From: Camelus dromedarius
Lineage: Eukaryota
Assembly (NCBI RefSeq): GCF_036321535.1
Contig: NC_087436.1
Location: 62,188,001 to 62,252,000, forward strand
Reading direction: 5' to 3'
DNA: 64,000 bases
The position numbers and the translations under genes were made by a program. Of the stretch, positions 63,420-64,000 are shown piece by piece. Every line of letters starts with the position of its first letter. Positions within the stretch are counted from its first letter, which is position 1. Under the pieces are notes generated by a model. It was not told the origin of the DNA. It saw only the letters and a list, made by a program, of their open reading frames with translations, and made no database searches.

Positions 63420-64000
63420 TGACCGTTTTGAGTCTGGCCCCAATGAGGATCCTCCCGCGCAGTGTCCTTCAAGCCAATAGAACTAGACTGAGTTCGGTTC
63501 AGAAGCAAAGGGAGGTTTTATTCTTGGATCAAAGAATGGAGAGGCGTGAGCTCCCGCTTTAGAGTCCACGCGCTCCCGACAGGCTGCGGGCCGGGCTGCT
63601 TTCTACCGTTCTCCTCAGCGGGGGGCGAGCGAGCGGCTGAGTTATTGGCTCCAGATGGCAGCGCGGGAGCGGCGTCTCCGCACATGCCCACTGCCCCCGC
63701 CGCCATCTTGGATTGAGGCGTCGCGCGCAGGTGCACGCAGCCCGCTGCACTGAGGTGGCGGCTGCCGCTGGCTCAGGCTAGGACCTCTGGTCTGAAGAGC
63801 CTGGTGGGAGGCCTCTGCATGCGTCCTATGAGCAAGTGAAACTAGACCAAGCACAAAGGAAAAGGAAGAAAAAGGTTAGAGTTTATTTTATTATCCAGAT
63901 GCTATTTTTATTTCCTGGGAATTGTTAATGTGCTTTGTATGTGATAAGTCCCTCCTCTGCCTTCTGCCTTTTGTCCTGCTCCTCATTCCTGAAGGGGCAC
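63420..64000 (-). mobile_element. CpG-rich endogenous retrovirus LTR (ERV1/gamma-like layout), truncated by the window edge
   Basis: On the minus strand, in order: YY1-type CAAGATGGCGGC (63699-63710), CCAAT (63644-63648), TATA-like TAGAAA (63600-63605), AATAAA (63517-63522), U5 ending ...AAACGGTCA at 63420. There is an abrupt switch to AT-rich host DNA and no TGG primer-binding site follows. Confidence 0.75.

Noticed and set aside
63518..63736. Minus-strand ORF with MAAGAVGM start in CpG-rich DNA, resembling a first coding exon
   Set aside because: It stops within the AATAAA of an LTR-like layout, resembles no protein I recognise, and the CAAGATGGCG context is explained as a YY1-type LTR motif.
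1..64000. CRISPR arrays, operons, rRNA, mitochondrial insertions
   Set aside because: None seen. The sequence is mammalian nuclear DNA with no regularly spaced repeat-spacer structure.

Overview
AT-rich, repeat-dense mammalian genomic DNA. It is most likely from a camelid, because it contains two copies of a tRNA-derived SINE of the camelid Vic-1 type. I find no intact protein-coding gene or convincing coding exon, so this looks like intergenic DNA or the inside of a very large intron. Most ORFs in the track are chance ORFs or transposon debris. The window contains L1 and L2 fragments, MIRs, MaLR/ERVL/ERV1 LTRs, hAT MITEs and microsatellites. Standouts: (1) a decayed but nearly full-length Mutator-like (MULE/MuDR) transposase on the minus strand at ~5270-6520, with a FLYWCH-like finger and the DDE-domain motifs in order, which from memory does not match the Ricksha family; (2) a CpG-rich, probably young retroviral LTR running off the right edge; (3) a tailless 5'-U6 retrocopy with a target-site duplication (TSD); (4) a 5'-inverted (twin-primed) L1; (5) an orphan CpG and TF-motif patch at ~19.6-20.8 kb. 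Repeat family names come from pattern recognition, not a database search. Boundaries without a stated TSD are approximate.
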